Positions 23,020 to 33,717 of a stretch of 64,000 bases of DNA are shown here, piece after piece. Under the pieces are notes generated by a model. That model searched no databases and was not told where the DNA came from. It saw nothing but the letters and a program-made list of their open reading frames with translations. Location: the sequence record MN342151.1; one strand, 5' to 3'. Origin of the DNA: Escherichia phage vB_EcoM_3HA14. Each line of letters begins with the position of its first letter. The first letter of the stretch is position 1. Made by a program: the position numbers and the translations under genes.

Positions 23020-24372
23020 TTATTCGTAAGCCACTGTGCCTTTCAAGTCAACATCCAAGATAGCCCCTGCAAGAATACCGTGGAAGGTAACGTCTTTCAG
23101 GATACGTGCTTTCTTATCTGCCAATGCAACTTGTGAGGCTTTAGGAACAGTAACGGTGTAAGTTGACAAAAAGTTTCTGTTAACTGCTCGCTGAAGAGAT
23201 GTTTCAATGACCTGACGAATACGGGTAATACCAGTATCATCATAAGTAATCTTACCACCCTTCTGATTAATTAGCAAGTCTCTCAGAGATGTTTTCAAAT
23301 CAGATTCAAGCCAATCAACACCACGTACAATATCAATCCATTCACCACCAGAAGTGATACCTCTACGCACTACAGGAACCCCACCATCGAGGTCAATGAA
23401 GTTACAGCTACGGGTATCCAAAGCTGACTTCTGAATGCTTGTCAGTGGTCTCTGGTTAGCAGGTTGTAGAGATGCTGCAACACCAGTTAATTGAGCGTTA
23501 CCCCAAGCAATTGAACCTGCATCATATGGAGCACCATATGCGATGTAAGCCATTTCTGGGTAGTCATACTCGGCTGTGTGATGCCACAAGCAAACTGTAC
23601 GAGTGTACTTGCTCTTAGCTAACTGTGCCGGAACATCTGTTGCAGAGGTCAAATCAGTGCCTTGCAGAGCCTTAACGTCAGCATTAGCTGTGAAGAAAAT
23701 CTTCTTACGAGCCTGAATCTCTGAAGCCATTGCCAAGACAAACTGTTGAGTTCTGTCTTCTGCTGAGATGAAGTACCAATCTGTTGAATATGTCTCAATG
23801 GATGCCAGAGCAGCGGAAGCCGTGTCAGCAGTTGTTGCTGCAATAGACGTTGTAGGTGTAATAGATGTTACTTTTACGAAGTCATTATCACCAGCTTTAG
23901 TAATAATCATCGTCGCAGAAGCACCAGTACCTGTTACACTAGCATTAACACCATCTTTAATTGTTGGGCTTGCTTCAATCTGTGATTTAAACTCATTCAA
24001 GACAATAAGTGCTGTGTCGTTTTCTTTTGCAGTGTACTGGAATGGCTGAGAAACACCACCACCGATAGCAACTGTCAATGAATATTCACTTCCTTCAGCC
24101 ACTGTGTCAGGAATAGAAACAGTATATTGCATAGTTCTTCTACCAATATACAGTTGAGTTACTTTTGGAGTTTGGCTCCATAGCTGTTTTGCAGCTTTAT
24201 ACGCAGCAGTACTTTCATCAAAGTCTTCAGCTACTTCTGTTAATGAAGTATAACCACGGATTCTTTCTTCAAAGTTATCTGTTGAAGCAAGGAATAATGG
24301 TAAACCAAAACCTTCTCTTGTAGTTCCTGCTGTGTTCAATGTAATATCTACATTAACAATTGGATTCCACAT
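23020..24372 (-). CDS. tail sheath protein (450 aa)
   Basis: Size and position upstream of tube, chaperones and tape measure indicate a contractile tail. Confidence 0.6.
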   Translation of the reverse strand: MWNPIVNVDITLNTAGTTREGFGLPLFLASTDNFEERIRGYTSLTEVAEDFDESTAAYKAAKQLWSQTPKVTQLYIGRRTMQYTVSIPDTVAEGSEYSLTVAIGGGVSQPFQYTAKENDTALIVLNEFKSQIEASPTIKDGVNASVTGTGASATMIITKAGDNDFVKVTSITPTTSIAATTADTASAALASIETYSTDWYFISAEDRTQQFVLAMASEIQARKKIFFTANADVKALQGTDLTSATDVPAQLAKSKYTRTVCLWHHTAEYDYPEMAYIAYGAPYDAGSIAWGNAQLTGVAASLQPANQRPLTSIQKSALDTRSCNFIDLDGGVPVVRRGITSGGEWIDIVRGVDWLESDLKTSLRDLLINQKGGKITYDDTGITRIRQVIETSLQRAVNRNFLSTYTVTVPKASQVALADKKARILKDVTFHGILAGAILDVDLKGTVAYE

Positions 24373-24972
24373 TTATTTTACCCCTTTGGAGTCTACATCT
24401 AGATGGATAGTATATTCTGGTGGCTCCTGTCCTTCCTCGTAAACCAATTCACCATCCACAATGACACGTTCAATAATACTTCCACGTTCATCTTTTAATA
24501 CTGAATTTTTTACAAGGGTTACAACAAGAGGTGCAGAATTTTCAAAATCTGTGTTGAGATAAGTATAATCATTCGGGATAGCCCCTGTATCAAGTACTGA
24601 AGCACCTGTCATGTCAGCTAGATAATCTCTTGTAGTACTCATCTCTAATCTTTGTTTTAGCTCAAGCATAATACTGTGAGCACCTTTACCATTTACAGTA
24701 ATCAGTACAGGAATCTGGAAAGCAATTCTGTAACAAACTACATCATCTTCCACGAACTTATCAAGGACCCAACCATAAGGTGTGGTAGCATCTTGACAGT
24801 ATACTGTAATAAAAGGTTGGTCTGGTTTCAGACCTTTATCATTGGAATTATCTGAAGGGTAAGCCCTAATAACGTTTGGTCTGTTATTCTTGTCTCTCGC
24901 TAAACGGTGACCAATAACATCAACCAAAACTCGGACAATACCTTTCTCAAGTTCTGCTGTTTCTAACTGCAT
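24373..24972 (-). CDS. putative tail completion protein (199 aa)
   Basis: Synteny between head and sheath genes. Confidence 0.4.
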   Translation of the reverse strand: MQLETAELEKGIVRVLVDVIGHRLARDKNNRPNVIRAYPSDNSNDKGLKPDQPFITVYCQDATTPYGWVLDKFVEDDVVCYRIAFQIPVLITVNGKGAHSIMLELKQRLEMSTTRDYLADMTGASVLDTGAIPNDYTYLNTDFENSAPLVVTLVKNSVLKDERGSIIERVIVDGELVYEEGQEPPEYTIHLDVDSKGVK

Positions 24973-25348
24973 TCATCTTATCCCTTCTAATAATGATATA
25001 CTCATAATGGGATGTGTGAGCTAATTGTTCAGACCAATCCATTGTCATAAAGACTTCGTATTCGTGTCCCTTAATCATGACAATATCAGCTTCAGTCCAA
25101 TCAACATCATCAGATGTTCTTAACTCAGCTACAGTGAAAAGGATTCTTGTATCTGTCAGTCTGATACCTTCAGGTAAAACAATCTGTGTACCATTCTTTA
25201 CAGAACCCTTAATATAAGGTTGAATATTACCTTTGCAGTTAATTGATACAACATCCTGTGAAGCTACCCAATCACCATCTTCATTGTAATGACCATCTTC
25301 AGATACCTTTCTTTTAACTACAAAGCTGTGTCTATTTAAGAGTCTCAT
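24947..25348 (-). CDS. putative head-tail joining protein (133 aa)
   Basis: Synteny. Confidence 0.4.
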   Translation of the reverse strand: MRLLNRHSFVVKRKVSEDGHYNEDGDWVASQDVVSINCKGNIQPYIKGSVKNGTQIVLPEGIRLTDTRILFTVAELRTSDDVDWTEADIVMIKGHEYEVFMTMDWSEQLAHTSHYEYIIIRRDKMNAVRNSRT

Positions 25349-25827
25349 TTTTTAATACCTTTCTTAGTAGAGATTTTATAAGCAAGGTTATCTCGTAAAT
25401 CTCCAGTTTCTACAAGAGGGGCATTGAAGCCTTTCTTTTTAACTGTAGATGGAGCGTTAGGAGGCAATATAGCCGTATTACCAAAACCTCTTTTAATTGC
25501 TTTCTGAGCACTCTTTGCAAATGCTTCTAAAGTATCTGAGGGGTCAGTATTAAGACTGTTTAATTGCTTATAGAGATTCTTCTTAGTCTGCTCTAACAAG
25601 GTCTGTCTGTGTAACATCATAGTAATTTCAAACAACCTACGATATACTTTACCTGAAGCTGCTGGTACACCAATAACTTCATGCAAGTACATTAAAGCAG
25701 AGTAAGAAAAACCAGAGCTATGTTGACCTTGTTCCTGAAAATACCCAACTTGAGCATTAGCCGTATGCAAGTTCTTCATAGCCCCGACTAATTTAGCTCT
25801 AGCGGGGTGAATAACCCTTTTAACCAT
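25345..25827 (-). CDS. putative head-tail connector protein (160 aa)
   Basis: Synteny. Confidence 0.4.
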   Translation of the reverse strand: MVKRVIHPARAKLVGAMKNLHTANAQVGYFQEQGQHSSGFSYSALMYLHEVIGVPAASGKVYRRLFEITMMLHRQTLLEQTKKNLYKQLNSLNTDPSDTLEAFAKSAQKAIKRGFGNTAILPPNAPSTVKKKGFNAPLVETGDLRDNLAYKISTKKGIKK

Positions 25828-26276
25828 TATTCATCTCGCTCGATAATAAATACACCATTGACACGTTCACAGTAATCTCTACCGTAGTATCTAACAGCAT
25901 CGCCATATTCAGTATATTTCTTGACAGAGCAAGGATTTTGACGACGCATGTCAATATCACACTGGTTAATACCACCCGCATAAGGGAGGCCACTAACAGA
26001 GCTTTTAACTAGGTCGTCATAGACAGCTTTCAGAGATTTGAATCTGGAAGAGTTTCGTAAATAAACACCACCAACTTTCTCATCTCCCATCTTGGCTACT
26101 TGAAAGAGTAAATATTTAAGAGCTTTGATGGCTGCTTTCTTTTCATCCTTTCCAGATTCTTGGTAGAACCACTCTAGCACCGATTGGTCAATGAGGATTT
26201 CATTGTTGTCAGTATCGGTGCAGAGGATTCGAACTCTATCAAGAGGGTTATTAGCGGGGTCGCCTGTATAACACAT
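25827..26276 (-). CDS. putative head completion protein (149 aa)
   Basis: Synteny; directly downstream of capsid gene. Confidence 0.4.
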   Translation of the reverse strand: MCYTGDPANNPLDRVRILCTDTDNNEILIDQSVLEWFYQESGKDEKKAAIKALKYLLFQVAKMGDEKVGGVYLRNSSRFKSLKAVYDDLVKSSVSGLPYAGGINQCDIDMRRQNPCSVKKYTEYGDAVRYYGRDYCERVNGVFIIERDE

Positions 26277-26298
26277 TTATAACCCTCCTTTCAAGTTA

Positions 26299-27402
26299 TT
26301 ACTCAGCGTCTGAACGAACGTCAACAAGCAGTTGAGGACGTGTGCAGTATGGCAGCATGTAAGAGTGGGCTTCGAAGTCAATACCTTCGTCACGGTCTTT
26401 CTCATATTCGAACACATACAGTTCCTGACCCAGAGTGTTTGCATACCCCATCTTAGGACATGGAGCGTAAGCAACTTCGAAGATGTTGTTAGCTTCACCC
26501 AACATTGCTACGTTAGGGAATGCGTGACCTACACCAATATTAGTGTCAGATACACCATCAATGCTAACCAGAGTATGAGTCTTACCACGCTTGTCTTTGA
26601 ACTTACCGTTGTACTGTACGAATACAACACCACCGTAGTAGAAGCGGTTCATGTGAGCCTGAACACCATCAGTACCACCAGTTCTCAGAGAACCAGTAAT
26701 CTGTTGCCAAGCCAGCGGAGTCTGCTGTGCAAGGTATGCGTCACGAATCTTAGGATGCTTGATAAGCTTGCTGAAGAAAGTTCTGTCAACAACGATGTGA
26801 ATTTCTTCACCGTTGATTACAGTACCTGTCTTAGCTTCATCTTCCATGTGCATACGCAGGTCTTCAATGTGCGCATCGATATCAGAGTTCGGGTTGTCCA
26901 AGTCGAAGTAGATAGTCTTCTTAGTTACATCGAACTGCTTGTACAGGTCTGCGTACAGAACACCGTTAGCGTCGATAACTTTACCCTTCAGGGCTTGCAT
27001 AAACAAGAACTCACGAGTAATATCAAACTTGGTACGAATCTTCATCAGCTTCTTAGCACGTACAACTGCTTCAGTAGTCAGTTCATTTGCAGTGCCTGGC
27101 TGACGAACACCCTGAATCTCATCAGGAGTGATGCTCTCAACTTCCTTGAAGTACATCATCGGGAAGCTAATCTGACGAACACGCTCAGGAGCGCTAGTCT
27201 CAGCTTTACGGCTGGTACGGTCTACCGCATCCAGTAAGCTGATATCCCAATCAGTCAAGTCCATCAGGAAAGTAGTCTGTGTTTGTGGAGCAGAACGGAA
27301 CAGTCCCAGACCAGAGATATATCCGTAAGTATTTGGAATAGACTGGACTTCACCAGTTAAGTCAGCAAGGAAAAATCTGCTTTTTTCAGAATTAGTCAAC
27401 AT
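26299..27402 (-). CDS. major capsid protein (367 aa)
   Basis: Position after protease/scaffold and decoration-like gene; the segment is visibly more GC-rich than its neighbours, consistent with a highly expressed gene. Confidence 0.65.
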   Translation of the reverse strand: MLTNSEKSRFFLADLTGEVQSIPNTYGYISGLGLFRSAPQTQTTFLMDLTDWDISLLDAVDRTSRKAETSAPERVRQISFPMMYFKEVESITPDEIQGVRQPGTANELTTEAVVRAKKLMKIRTKFDITREFLFMQALKGKVIDANGVLYADLYKQFDVTKKTIYFDLDNPNSDIDAHIEDLRMHMEDEAKTGTVINGEEIHIVVDRTFFSKLIKHPKIRDAYLAQQTPLAWQQITGSLRTGGTDGVQAHMNRFYYGGVVFVQYNGKFKDKRGKTHTLVSIDGVSDTNIGVGHAFPNVAMLGEANNIFEVAYAPCPKMGYANTLGQELYVFEYEKDRDEGIDFEAHSYMLPYCTRPQLLVDVRSDAE

Positions 27403-27433
27403 TGTAAAATTCTCCAGAATGTCTTATTATTAA

Positions 27434-27811
27434 TTACAGGCCAGTTGGGACGAAATCAATACCTTTCGCCTTAAGAGCAGACTTGACAGCAGCAGCATCA
27501 ACACTATCTGCCAGAGTTAGCATGTCTTTCAGTTCAGCGTCACGGTAAATACCAACAACTTTTAACTGACCGTGGTAAGACAGTTGTAGGTCTGCGTAGA
27601 AGTTAACGATACATACAGAATCTGCCTGAGCTTCTTCACCTGCTGCAACTTTAGTACCATCAGCTTTCAGAACTTCACCTACACGATACTCAGTGCTGGC
27701 TACTGGAGCGTACTCTTTACGCGAGTGACCAGTTGGTGTAATCTGTTCCCAAAGGATGATATCGTTCAGAGGTTCTCTGTTACCTAATTTAGTAAAACCT
27801 TGATATGCCAT
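27434..27811 (-). CDS. putative head decoration or accessory protein (125 aa)
   Basis: Small gene between protease/scaffold and capsid genes. Confidence 0.4.
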   Translation of the reverse strand: MAYQGFTKLGNREPLNDIILWEQITPTGHSRKEYAPVASTEYRVGEVLKADGTKVAAGEEAQADSVCIVNFYADLQLSYHGQLKVVGIYRDAELKDMLTLADSVDAAAVKSALKAKGIDFVPTGL

Positions 27812-27823
27812 TATTTGTGTTCC

Positions 27824-29170
27824 TTATTTGATAAGAGTTTTCAAAGCATTCTGGAGAGCCAGTTTGCGTTGGTCAGCGTTAGCATTAGCATTTGCTTCTG
27901 GAGCGGTGTCTTTACCGTCATCCACTTCTGCTTCGCCGTCATTGCCAAGTTCTTCCATAGCGTTTGAGTGTTCCAGAACAGCACCAGCAGTTTCTTTCAG
28001 CTTAGTGATTTCAGAATCCTTCTCAGACATGGCAGAAGCATGGGACGCGATAGTTTCATTAAGTTTCTGGTTAGCACCTTCCATAGCATTCATAAACAGA
28101 ACACTCAGAGGGTTGTCAAGACCAGCACCTAAAATAGCTGTTGCAGCTTCTTTTGCATCAAACCCAAAAGCTTCAGCAGATGCAGAAATCTTACCAGTTA
28201 AATCTGTAAGAACTGCTTCCTGTTCCTTAGCTTTCATTTGAGCAACCTGAAGACGCAGAGCTTCTAGTTCTTGCTTTTCTTGTTCAGTCATTTCTTCACC
28301 TGAATTGTTTGTGTTTAAACTTACAGGAGCTTCTTCAGAACCTTGTAAGTAATTTAAGAAATCATCTTGAGACATGATAGAGTTAATTAAACCAAGTTCA
28401 AGAGCTTCCTGAGCAGAATAAACATTCGCCTCAGTATTCTTTACAGCTTCTTCAGAGATATTACGCGAGTCTGCAACAAAACTAGTAAAAGTCTTGTAAG
28501 TGTCATCAATTCTCTTTTGAAGTCTATTCTTGCTTTCTTCTGATAATGCTTGGAATGGGGAACCCATACCTTTAAATTCACCAGCTTTAATAACGTTAAT
28601 AGTTACGCCATTCTTTTCAAATGCTTTAGTTAATTCTTGGTGAACCATAATCACACCAATTGAACCAACATCTGCATCTGGTGATGCAATAATTTCTTCA
28701 GCGGAAGATGCAAGAGCGTATGCAGCAGAGCAAGCAAACTCATCTACATAAGCAATAATTTTCTTTTGGCCTCTTGAAGCCATGATGTGACGTGCCAACT
28801 CAAAACAACCTGACGCTTCACCACCACCTGAATCAACGTGCAGCACGATAGTCTTAATAGACTCATCTGCTAGGGCTTCGTCAAAGCCTCTGCGTAAACC
28901 TTCATAAGAACTTAGTCCACCAGTACACATTGCATCCATGAAGGTCATACGATGTGTTAGGCCACCCATAATAGGGATGATAGCAATGTCTTCTTTAACT
29001 TTTAAAAGACTTCTTGCTTCACCTTTTGGCTTATCGAAGTTTACTGCTGCTTGTACCTCACCTAACAAGCGGTTATTAACATAAGTCGCTGCTGAGTGGG
29101 CTAATGATTCTGTAGCTAGTAAAGGTTGGTTGAATAATCTGTCAGCAAGTCTGAAGATATTCGAACTCAT
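27824..29170 (-). CDS. prohead protease (ClpP/S49-like) fused to scaffold-like C-terminus
   Basis: N-terminal region (IVLHVDSGGGEASG...IAYVDEFACSAAYALASSAEE...VGSIGV) resembles SppA/ClpP-type peptidases; C-terminal A/E/K/Q-rich coiled coil typical of scaffolds. Confidence 0.65.
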   Translation of the reverse strand: MSSNIFRLADRLFNQPLLATESLAHSAATYVNNRLLGEVQAAVNFDKPKGEARSLLKVKEDIAIIPIMGGLTHRMTFMDAMCTGGLSSYEGLRRGFDEALADESIKTIVLHVDSGGGEASGCFELARHIMASRGQKKIIAYVDEFACSAAYALASSAEEIIASPDADVGSIGVIMVHQELTKAFEKNGVTINVIKAGEFKGMGSPFQALSEESKNRLQKRIDDTYKTFTSFVADSRNISEEAVKNTEANVYSAQEALELGLINSIMSQDDFLNYLQGSEEAPVSLNTNNSGEEMTEQEKQELEALRLQVAQMKAKEQEAVLTDLTGKISASAEAFGFDAKEAATAILGAGLDNPLSVLFMNAMEGANQKLNETIASHASAMSEKDSEITKLKETAGAVLEHSNAMEELGNDGEAEVDDGKDTAPEANANANADQRKLALQNALKTLIK

Positions 29171-29181
29171 TTTTACTCACC

Positions 29182-29514
29182 CTATTTATTTAAGTCAATG
29201 GATACTGAAGAGATAACATAAATTCCTTCTTCAGCAAAGAACTGAGGGCTACTTAGAGCACCTGTTGCCACGCACTTAGAGTTGTCATCCCATAAGCTAA
29301 AATGAGAAACTGTAGCAGAAGCCGGAACAGTAATATTAACTGTGTCTTCTGAAGCAATTAATCCATTATTAGGTTCTGAGAAGAAGATAGCCACTGGCTG
29401 AGTAACCTTGTTTGCTGTAGGGTCTGCCGTTGGGTCTACATTGTGTAATACAATAGTTGTCGGGGTTAGTGTGGCTAGGATTTTATTCTTACCATCAATC
29501 GTTAATGTTCCCAT
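29182..29514 (-). CDS. hypothetical head protein (110 aa)
   Basis: ORF between portal and protease. Confidence 0.4.
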   Translation of the reverse strand: MGTLTIDGKNKILATLTPTTIVLHNVDPTADPTANKVTQPVAIFFSEPNNGLIASEDTVNITVPASATVSHFSLWDDNSKCVATGALSSPQFFAEEGIYVISSVSIDLNK

Positions 29515-30014
29515 TAATTAAACCTTACTTTTTGTTTAAGGATTGTTGAATGGTTACCAGATTCATCTACCACATTTACAATCATATCATAAACTTTACC
29601 TTTGACAAGTACTTTGTAATCATTTTGTGAAAAAATGTACTCAAGTCTGTTAGACTCTTTATTTACTGTCATTGGAGATTGGAATGCTGTATCAATGGTA
29701 ATGAATGCAGCTTCAACACTATTAACGTTAACACGTTTATTCTCACAGTTATATAACTTTACACCCAAAAGGCATGAACTGTCAAATGGAATTTTAACAA
29801 TTTCGTTACAATTGTTTGAAATAAACTGTTTTCCGCTCATTGGAGCATCAAGTAACCTGCAAATAGTGAAAACGTCAGAGGTTCCACCATCACTAATATA
29901 CCCTGAAAGGCTGACCCTTGAGCCAGCCTCTACAGTTAATTCATCAGTGATAATTAAGACACCTCTATAAGAATGCACTCGCGTAGCATTGGAAATAGAG
30001 ATAACTTCTGCCAT
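29514..30014 (-). CDS. hypothetical head protein (166 aa)
   Basis: Start overlaps portal stop. Confidence 0.4.
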   Translation of the reverse strand: MAEVISISNATRVHSYRGVLIITDELTVEAGSRVSLSGYISDGGTSDVFTICRLLDAPMSGKQFISNNCNEIVKIPFDSSCLLGVKLYNCENKRVNVNSVEAAFITIDTAFQSPMTVNKESNRLEYIFSQNDYKVLVKGKVYDMIVNVVDESGNHSTILKQKVRFN

Positions 30015-31480
30015 TATTTGTTTGCCTTATTAGCTGTGCTTGGGTCTCTAGCTGAAGGAGTATTAGCAGTCCCTTCTCCAGCAGTTTGATAACCATCACC
30101 AGAACGACTTTGAGTGTTTGGAGATAGTTTCTCAGATACTGGTTTAGACTCATCAGCAGGTTCAAGGTCAAGATATTCTCTAAGCTTGTCAGACAATGGC
30201 TTGTCAACTTCCAGAGCACCAACTGCAACTGTTTTCTGAATGAATGATGCAATAGCTTCAAGGTCTGGTGTCTCAATATCATCATACACAATTTCTACGT
30301 GTTCTTCATCATCCCACATATTTAGTGCATAAGTCTGAGCAACCAAATCACGGTTAATTACATTCTTCACTTGCTTCAGAAGAATATCAACTGACATTGC
30401 CAGTAAGCTTGTCTTAGAATCTGCCAGAGAGAATGAGCCATACTTTGACTGTCCCATAGCAAGAACATCAGACATAAACGCCATCATAATTTGCTTAGAG
30501 TATCTATCAATGATAGAACCTGTATCATAAGCTTTAGCACCCTGTCGAGAAACTAATGAGAACTCAAAGATATCTTCTTTAGTTTCTGGGTCGATAAATC
30601 TAGGCCAAATTAAACCTGCTCTGTCATTAGCAATTAAATCATTTACTACTTCTTGGCAGTATTTAACAAAAGCTTTCTTTTCAGGTTCTGCATCTTCACC
30701 TAAGTAATCAGGTGGAAGACCAATCTTTGGCATACCTACTAAGTCTCTGGAAACACCAACTGCTTCAAACTCTTCAATTTGAACTTTGTATTTCCAAGGA
30801 ACATAAGCATTAAGCAATGGTGAACGTCCCTCTGGGTTACCATATTCATCGTCATACTTGAACAATAAGAATTTACTTCTGGGAAGCTTTCTTGTCAATG
30901 GTTGTTCACCAAGATTAATTGCTCCTGCAATATGGGAGACATTACGCAGGTTCTGTCTAACACCAATGACTTTTCTATAGTCAGAGTCAAAGTACCATTT
31001 ATCTAATGTAGTCTGATTACGGATTGGTAATTTAGCCCAACCAATTAAACCATCATTATATTTTGAAGGGTACTTACCTTTCTTACCTTGACGTTTCTTA
31101 TAAACTTTCTCGTTTACACAGAAACCGTAAGTACAGAATGACATTACAGAGTTAATAAAGTCAGCCCAATCGTGCTCCATGTCATTCATTAGTGAGTTAA
31201 AGAAATTAGCCCTTTCAATCATCTTGGCATCTTTCTCTTTTCCCTTCGGTGGTACGAATCTCCAGTTAACCTTTCTGACAAACATCTTAATAATATTTAC
31301 AGAGGCTGCTACTGAAGGGTCTCTCATCATAAGTTGGAAAGTCTTAATACTTTCTGGGAATCTTAAAGCCTGTCTAGGTTCTTCATAGATTCTTCCTGAG
31401 CGAACTTTAAGGCCAAGACTCCCAACCTCACCCATTCTGAATGGAGGAAGGCTTTCTTGTGTTTCTGTGATATCTGCCAT
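30014..31480 (-). CDS. portal protein (488 aa)
   Basis: Immediately downstream of large terminase; size typical; acidic C-terminus. Confidence 0.65.
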   Translation of the reverse strand: MADITETQESLPPFRMGEVGSLGLKVRSGRIYEEPRQALRFPESIKTFQLMMRDPSVAASVNIIKMFVRKVNWRFVPPKGKEKDAKMIERANFFNSLMNDMEHDWADFINSVMSFCTYGFCVNEKVYKKRQGKKGKYPSKYNDGLIGWAKLPIRNQTTLDKWYFDSDYRKVIGVRQNLRNVSHIAGAINLGEQPLTRKLPRSKFLLFKYDDEYGNPEGRSPLLNAYVPWKYKVQIEEFEAVGVSRDLVGMPKIGLPPDYLGEDAEPEKKAFVKYCQEVVNDLIANDRAGLIWPRFIDPETKEDIFEFSLVSRQGAKAYDTGSIIDRYSKQIMMAFMSDVLAMGQSKYGSFSLADSKTSLLAMSVDILLKQVKNVINRDLVAQTYALNMWDDEEHVEIVYDDIETPDLEAIASFIQKTVAVGALEVDKPLSDKLREYLDLEPADESKPVSEKLSPNTQSRSGDGYQTAGEGTANTPSARDPSTANKANK

Positions 31481-31492
31481 TCTTTCTACCTA

Positions 31493-33109
31493 TTATCGTC
31501 TTAGCCCCTGATATGGATTACTCTTCATAATATCTGTATGAGCACCCATTGAAGGTGGCTTGAATAGTTTAACTTCGTTTAGACTGTTGAAAGCATCACT
31601 GGTAGCATCCACTTGGTCATCCTTAGTACGACCGTCACCACAAAAACCTTCTAGTTCTTGGAAATATGCTTCATTCCAAGAGCCTCTAACAATTTTGACA
31701 AGTCCTGCCTCAGAAGCAGCAGAGAAACCCGCAAAACGGGTGACTTTATCTTTATTTGTTGGTTTAGCTCTTGCTCGGAAACCTTTCTCAGCAAGTTTTC
31801 TAATAAGGGAGGTTGCGTAGGATTTACCAGCAGCGCCGGGGTCTTGAGGGATAAAAATACCTGTGCGCTTACCATCACCTTCAGCAGTTTGGTTAATTTG
31901 TGTTTCAACTCCAGAAGGTCTATCTCTAAATCTTACTACGTTAATCACATAATAGCAACCATCTTTTTTAGATTTACCCATTTTAACACCTGCTGTCCAG
32001 TCAGGGTTAGGGTTAACCTCAGAAGGTAATGTTGCTGCTAAGTCCCATGCTCTTACGTCAAATACGTCTGCTGGAACACTATCAACAATTTCACACCATT
32101 GTCTTTGCCAGTAGTTTGAACCTTCAGCACGAGCTTTCCAGTTACCAAAACGTAAACGTGCAACGTTAACTGGTGTGTTGTTTTCTAATTTACCACGATA
32201 CTTAGGTTCAAGGAAATCTAGAATAGGGTTGTCATCAATTGTACCGGAAATAAAGGTATATGTTTGAGGAATCTCAAGAGGGAACATTTCAAGAATTTTA
32301 TCTCTATCCCAATCAGAAACCATGACACCATCATTCATAACATACCAACGAATCCTGCCGCACTTCTCTGGGTCTGGATATCCAGCATCATCTAGGAAAG
32401 GTTCTACCCAATCATAAATAAAGTGGTCTCTATCTGGGTTCATTGAGATTTTCATATATGAGTCACCTTCAGCGCCAGAACGTAAACGTGTCTGAAGATA
32501 TGAAATCTGTGAAGCCGAGAAGTGTGTACCTTCGTCGAAATAAATAGCTGAGTATTCGATACCTTGGTGACCTTCTGAGTGTTTCTCAAGTTCCAAATAA
32601 GTAAACTTGATAGTTGCTCCAGAAGGGAAAGTGATAGTCATTTTCTGTTCATGTGGAACTCCACCAAACTTACCAAATAACTTTTTAGCCGCAGGCCACA
32701 GACCACCTTGTAACTGTGTTGTATTTCGACGGAAATAAACAGCGTTATAGTTTGGGTCTTCAATAAACCTTAATGAGTCCATTAAAAGGGCAGCAGTCTT
32801 ACCAGCACCAGCAGCACCACCATATAGTACCAAGTCAGCATTAGTGTTCAAGAATACCTCTTGAGAGCCAGGCTGTGGAGCTACATAGTTCTTGTCAGTC
32901 ATCAATTTAAAGATGAGTCTTACTTGGTCTGGGGTGTATCTTAATAAAGTCAGAATTTGAGTTGGAAGGAATTTAGAGGGGTCTTTACCAAAGGATTTGA
33001 TAATATCTTTTACTTCTTCAGAAAGCCCCAACTCACCTGCTAGGACTTTCCTTACATCTTCCACTCGCTTCTGCTTAATAACATTTAAGTCCATTAAGCA
33101 CCTCTGCAA
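31493..33109 (-). CDS. terminase large subunit (538 aa)
   Basis: Walker A motif LYGGAAGAGKTAALL near N-terminus; C-terminal nuclease-sized domain; followed by portal. Confidence 0.85.
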   Translation of the reverse strand: MQRCLMDLNVIKQKRVEDVRKVLAGELGLSEEVKDIIKSFGKDPSKFLPTQILTLLRYTPDQVRLIFKLMTDKNYVAPQPGSQEVFLNTNADLVLYGGAAGAGKTAALLMDSLRFIEDPNYNAVYFRRNTTQLQGGLWPAAKKLFGKFGGVPHEQKMTITFPSGATIKFTYLELEKHSEGHQGIEYSAIYFDEGTHFSASQISYLQTRLRSGAEGDSYMKISMNPDRDHFIYDWVEPFLDDAGYPDPEKCGRIRWYVMNDGVMVSDWDRDKILEMFPLEIPQTYTFISGTIDDNPILDFLEPKYRGKLENNTPVNVARLRFGNWKARAEGSNYWQRQWCEIVDSVPADVFDVRAWDLAATLPSEVNPNPDWTAGVKMGKSKKDGCYYVINVVRFRDRPSGVETQINQTAEGDGKRTGIFIPQDPGAAGKSYATSLIRKLAEKGFRARAKPTNKDKVTRFAGFSAASEAGLVKIVRGSWNEAYFQELEGFCGDGRTKDDQVDATSDAFNSLNEVKLFKPPSMGAHTDIMKSNPYQGLRR

Positions 33110-33115
33110 ATAGAA

Positions 33116-33322
33116 TTATTCAGAAACTTCTTCAGATTCCTGTTTAGGTTCTACACCAAACTTTTCATCTACTAAATTAAGAAGTTTATCCATCGTTGCT
33201 TCTTGTGGGTTAATACCAGTTGCAACAATTAAACGTTCAGCCACAGCCATTACAGTTGCCTGAAGCATCTGAGCCTGTTTCTGAGTCTCATATAGTTCTT
33301 TGTAAACATTAGTCTCGTTCAT
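33116..33322 (-). CDS. hypothetical protein (68 aa), possible terminase partner
   Basis: Small ORF directly upstream of large terminase; too small to assign. Confidence 0.35.
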   Translation of the reverse strand: MNETNVYKELYETQKQAQMLQATVMAVAERLIVATGINPQEATMDKLLNLVDEKFGVEPKQESEEVSE

Positions 33323-33541
33323 TGTATTTCTCCAAAATTAAAGTTATAGTGATTCCCCTGAAAAAAGACGGTGCAGAGACCGTCAAGGAGAAACCACAAT
33401 GTATGCCAGAGACATACTGTATAGGTCTTCCCATAAAGTATAACTCTATAAAAAAGCCCTGTCTAAAAATACTCTCCGGTAGCGAAAGGGAGAATACTCA
33501 TAGCAGGGCATAATAACTTTGAGAGAGATATTAATATAAAT

Positions 33542-33617
33542 TGGAGTATCGGAAGGGACTCGAACCCTCATAAACCTGTTTTGCAGACAGGCACATAACC
33601 ATTTCTGACACCGACAC
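33542..33617 (-). tRNA. tRNA-Cys (GCA)
   Basis: Manual fold: acceptor GTGTCGG/CCGATAC, anticodon arm CCTGT-CTGCAAA-ACAGG, T-arm GAGGG-TTCGAGT-CCCTT, CCA encoded. Confidence 0.75.
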
Positions 33618-33623
33618 ATAATT

Positions 33624-33716
33624 TGGAGGAAGATACCAGACTTGAACTGGTACGCCGATTTCTCGGTTACTGGCAGTTTAGCAAACTGCTCCCTTACCTT
33701 TTAGGGTTAATCTTCC
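33624..33716 (-). tRNA. tRNA-Ser (GCT), long variable arm
   Basis: 93 nt; acceptor GGAAGAT/ATCTTCC perfect; anticodon loop TTGCTAA; long variable arm; T-loop TTCAAGT. Confidence 0.75.
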
Positions 33717-33717
33717 A

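Noticed and set aside
26332-27237. 301-aa ORF on the + strand
   Set aside because: Lies entirely antisense to the major capsid gene in a GC-rich, highly expressed coding segment; no RBS; typical shadow ORF.
27828-28241. 137-aa ORF on the + strand
   Set aside because: Antisense to the protease/scaffold gene; Ala/Ser-rich translation typical of a shadow frame.
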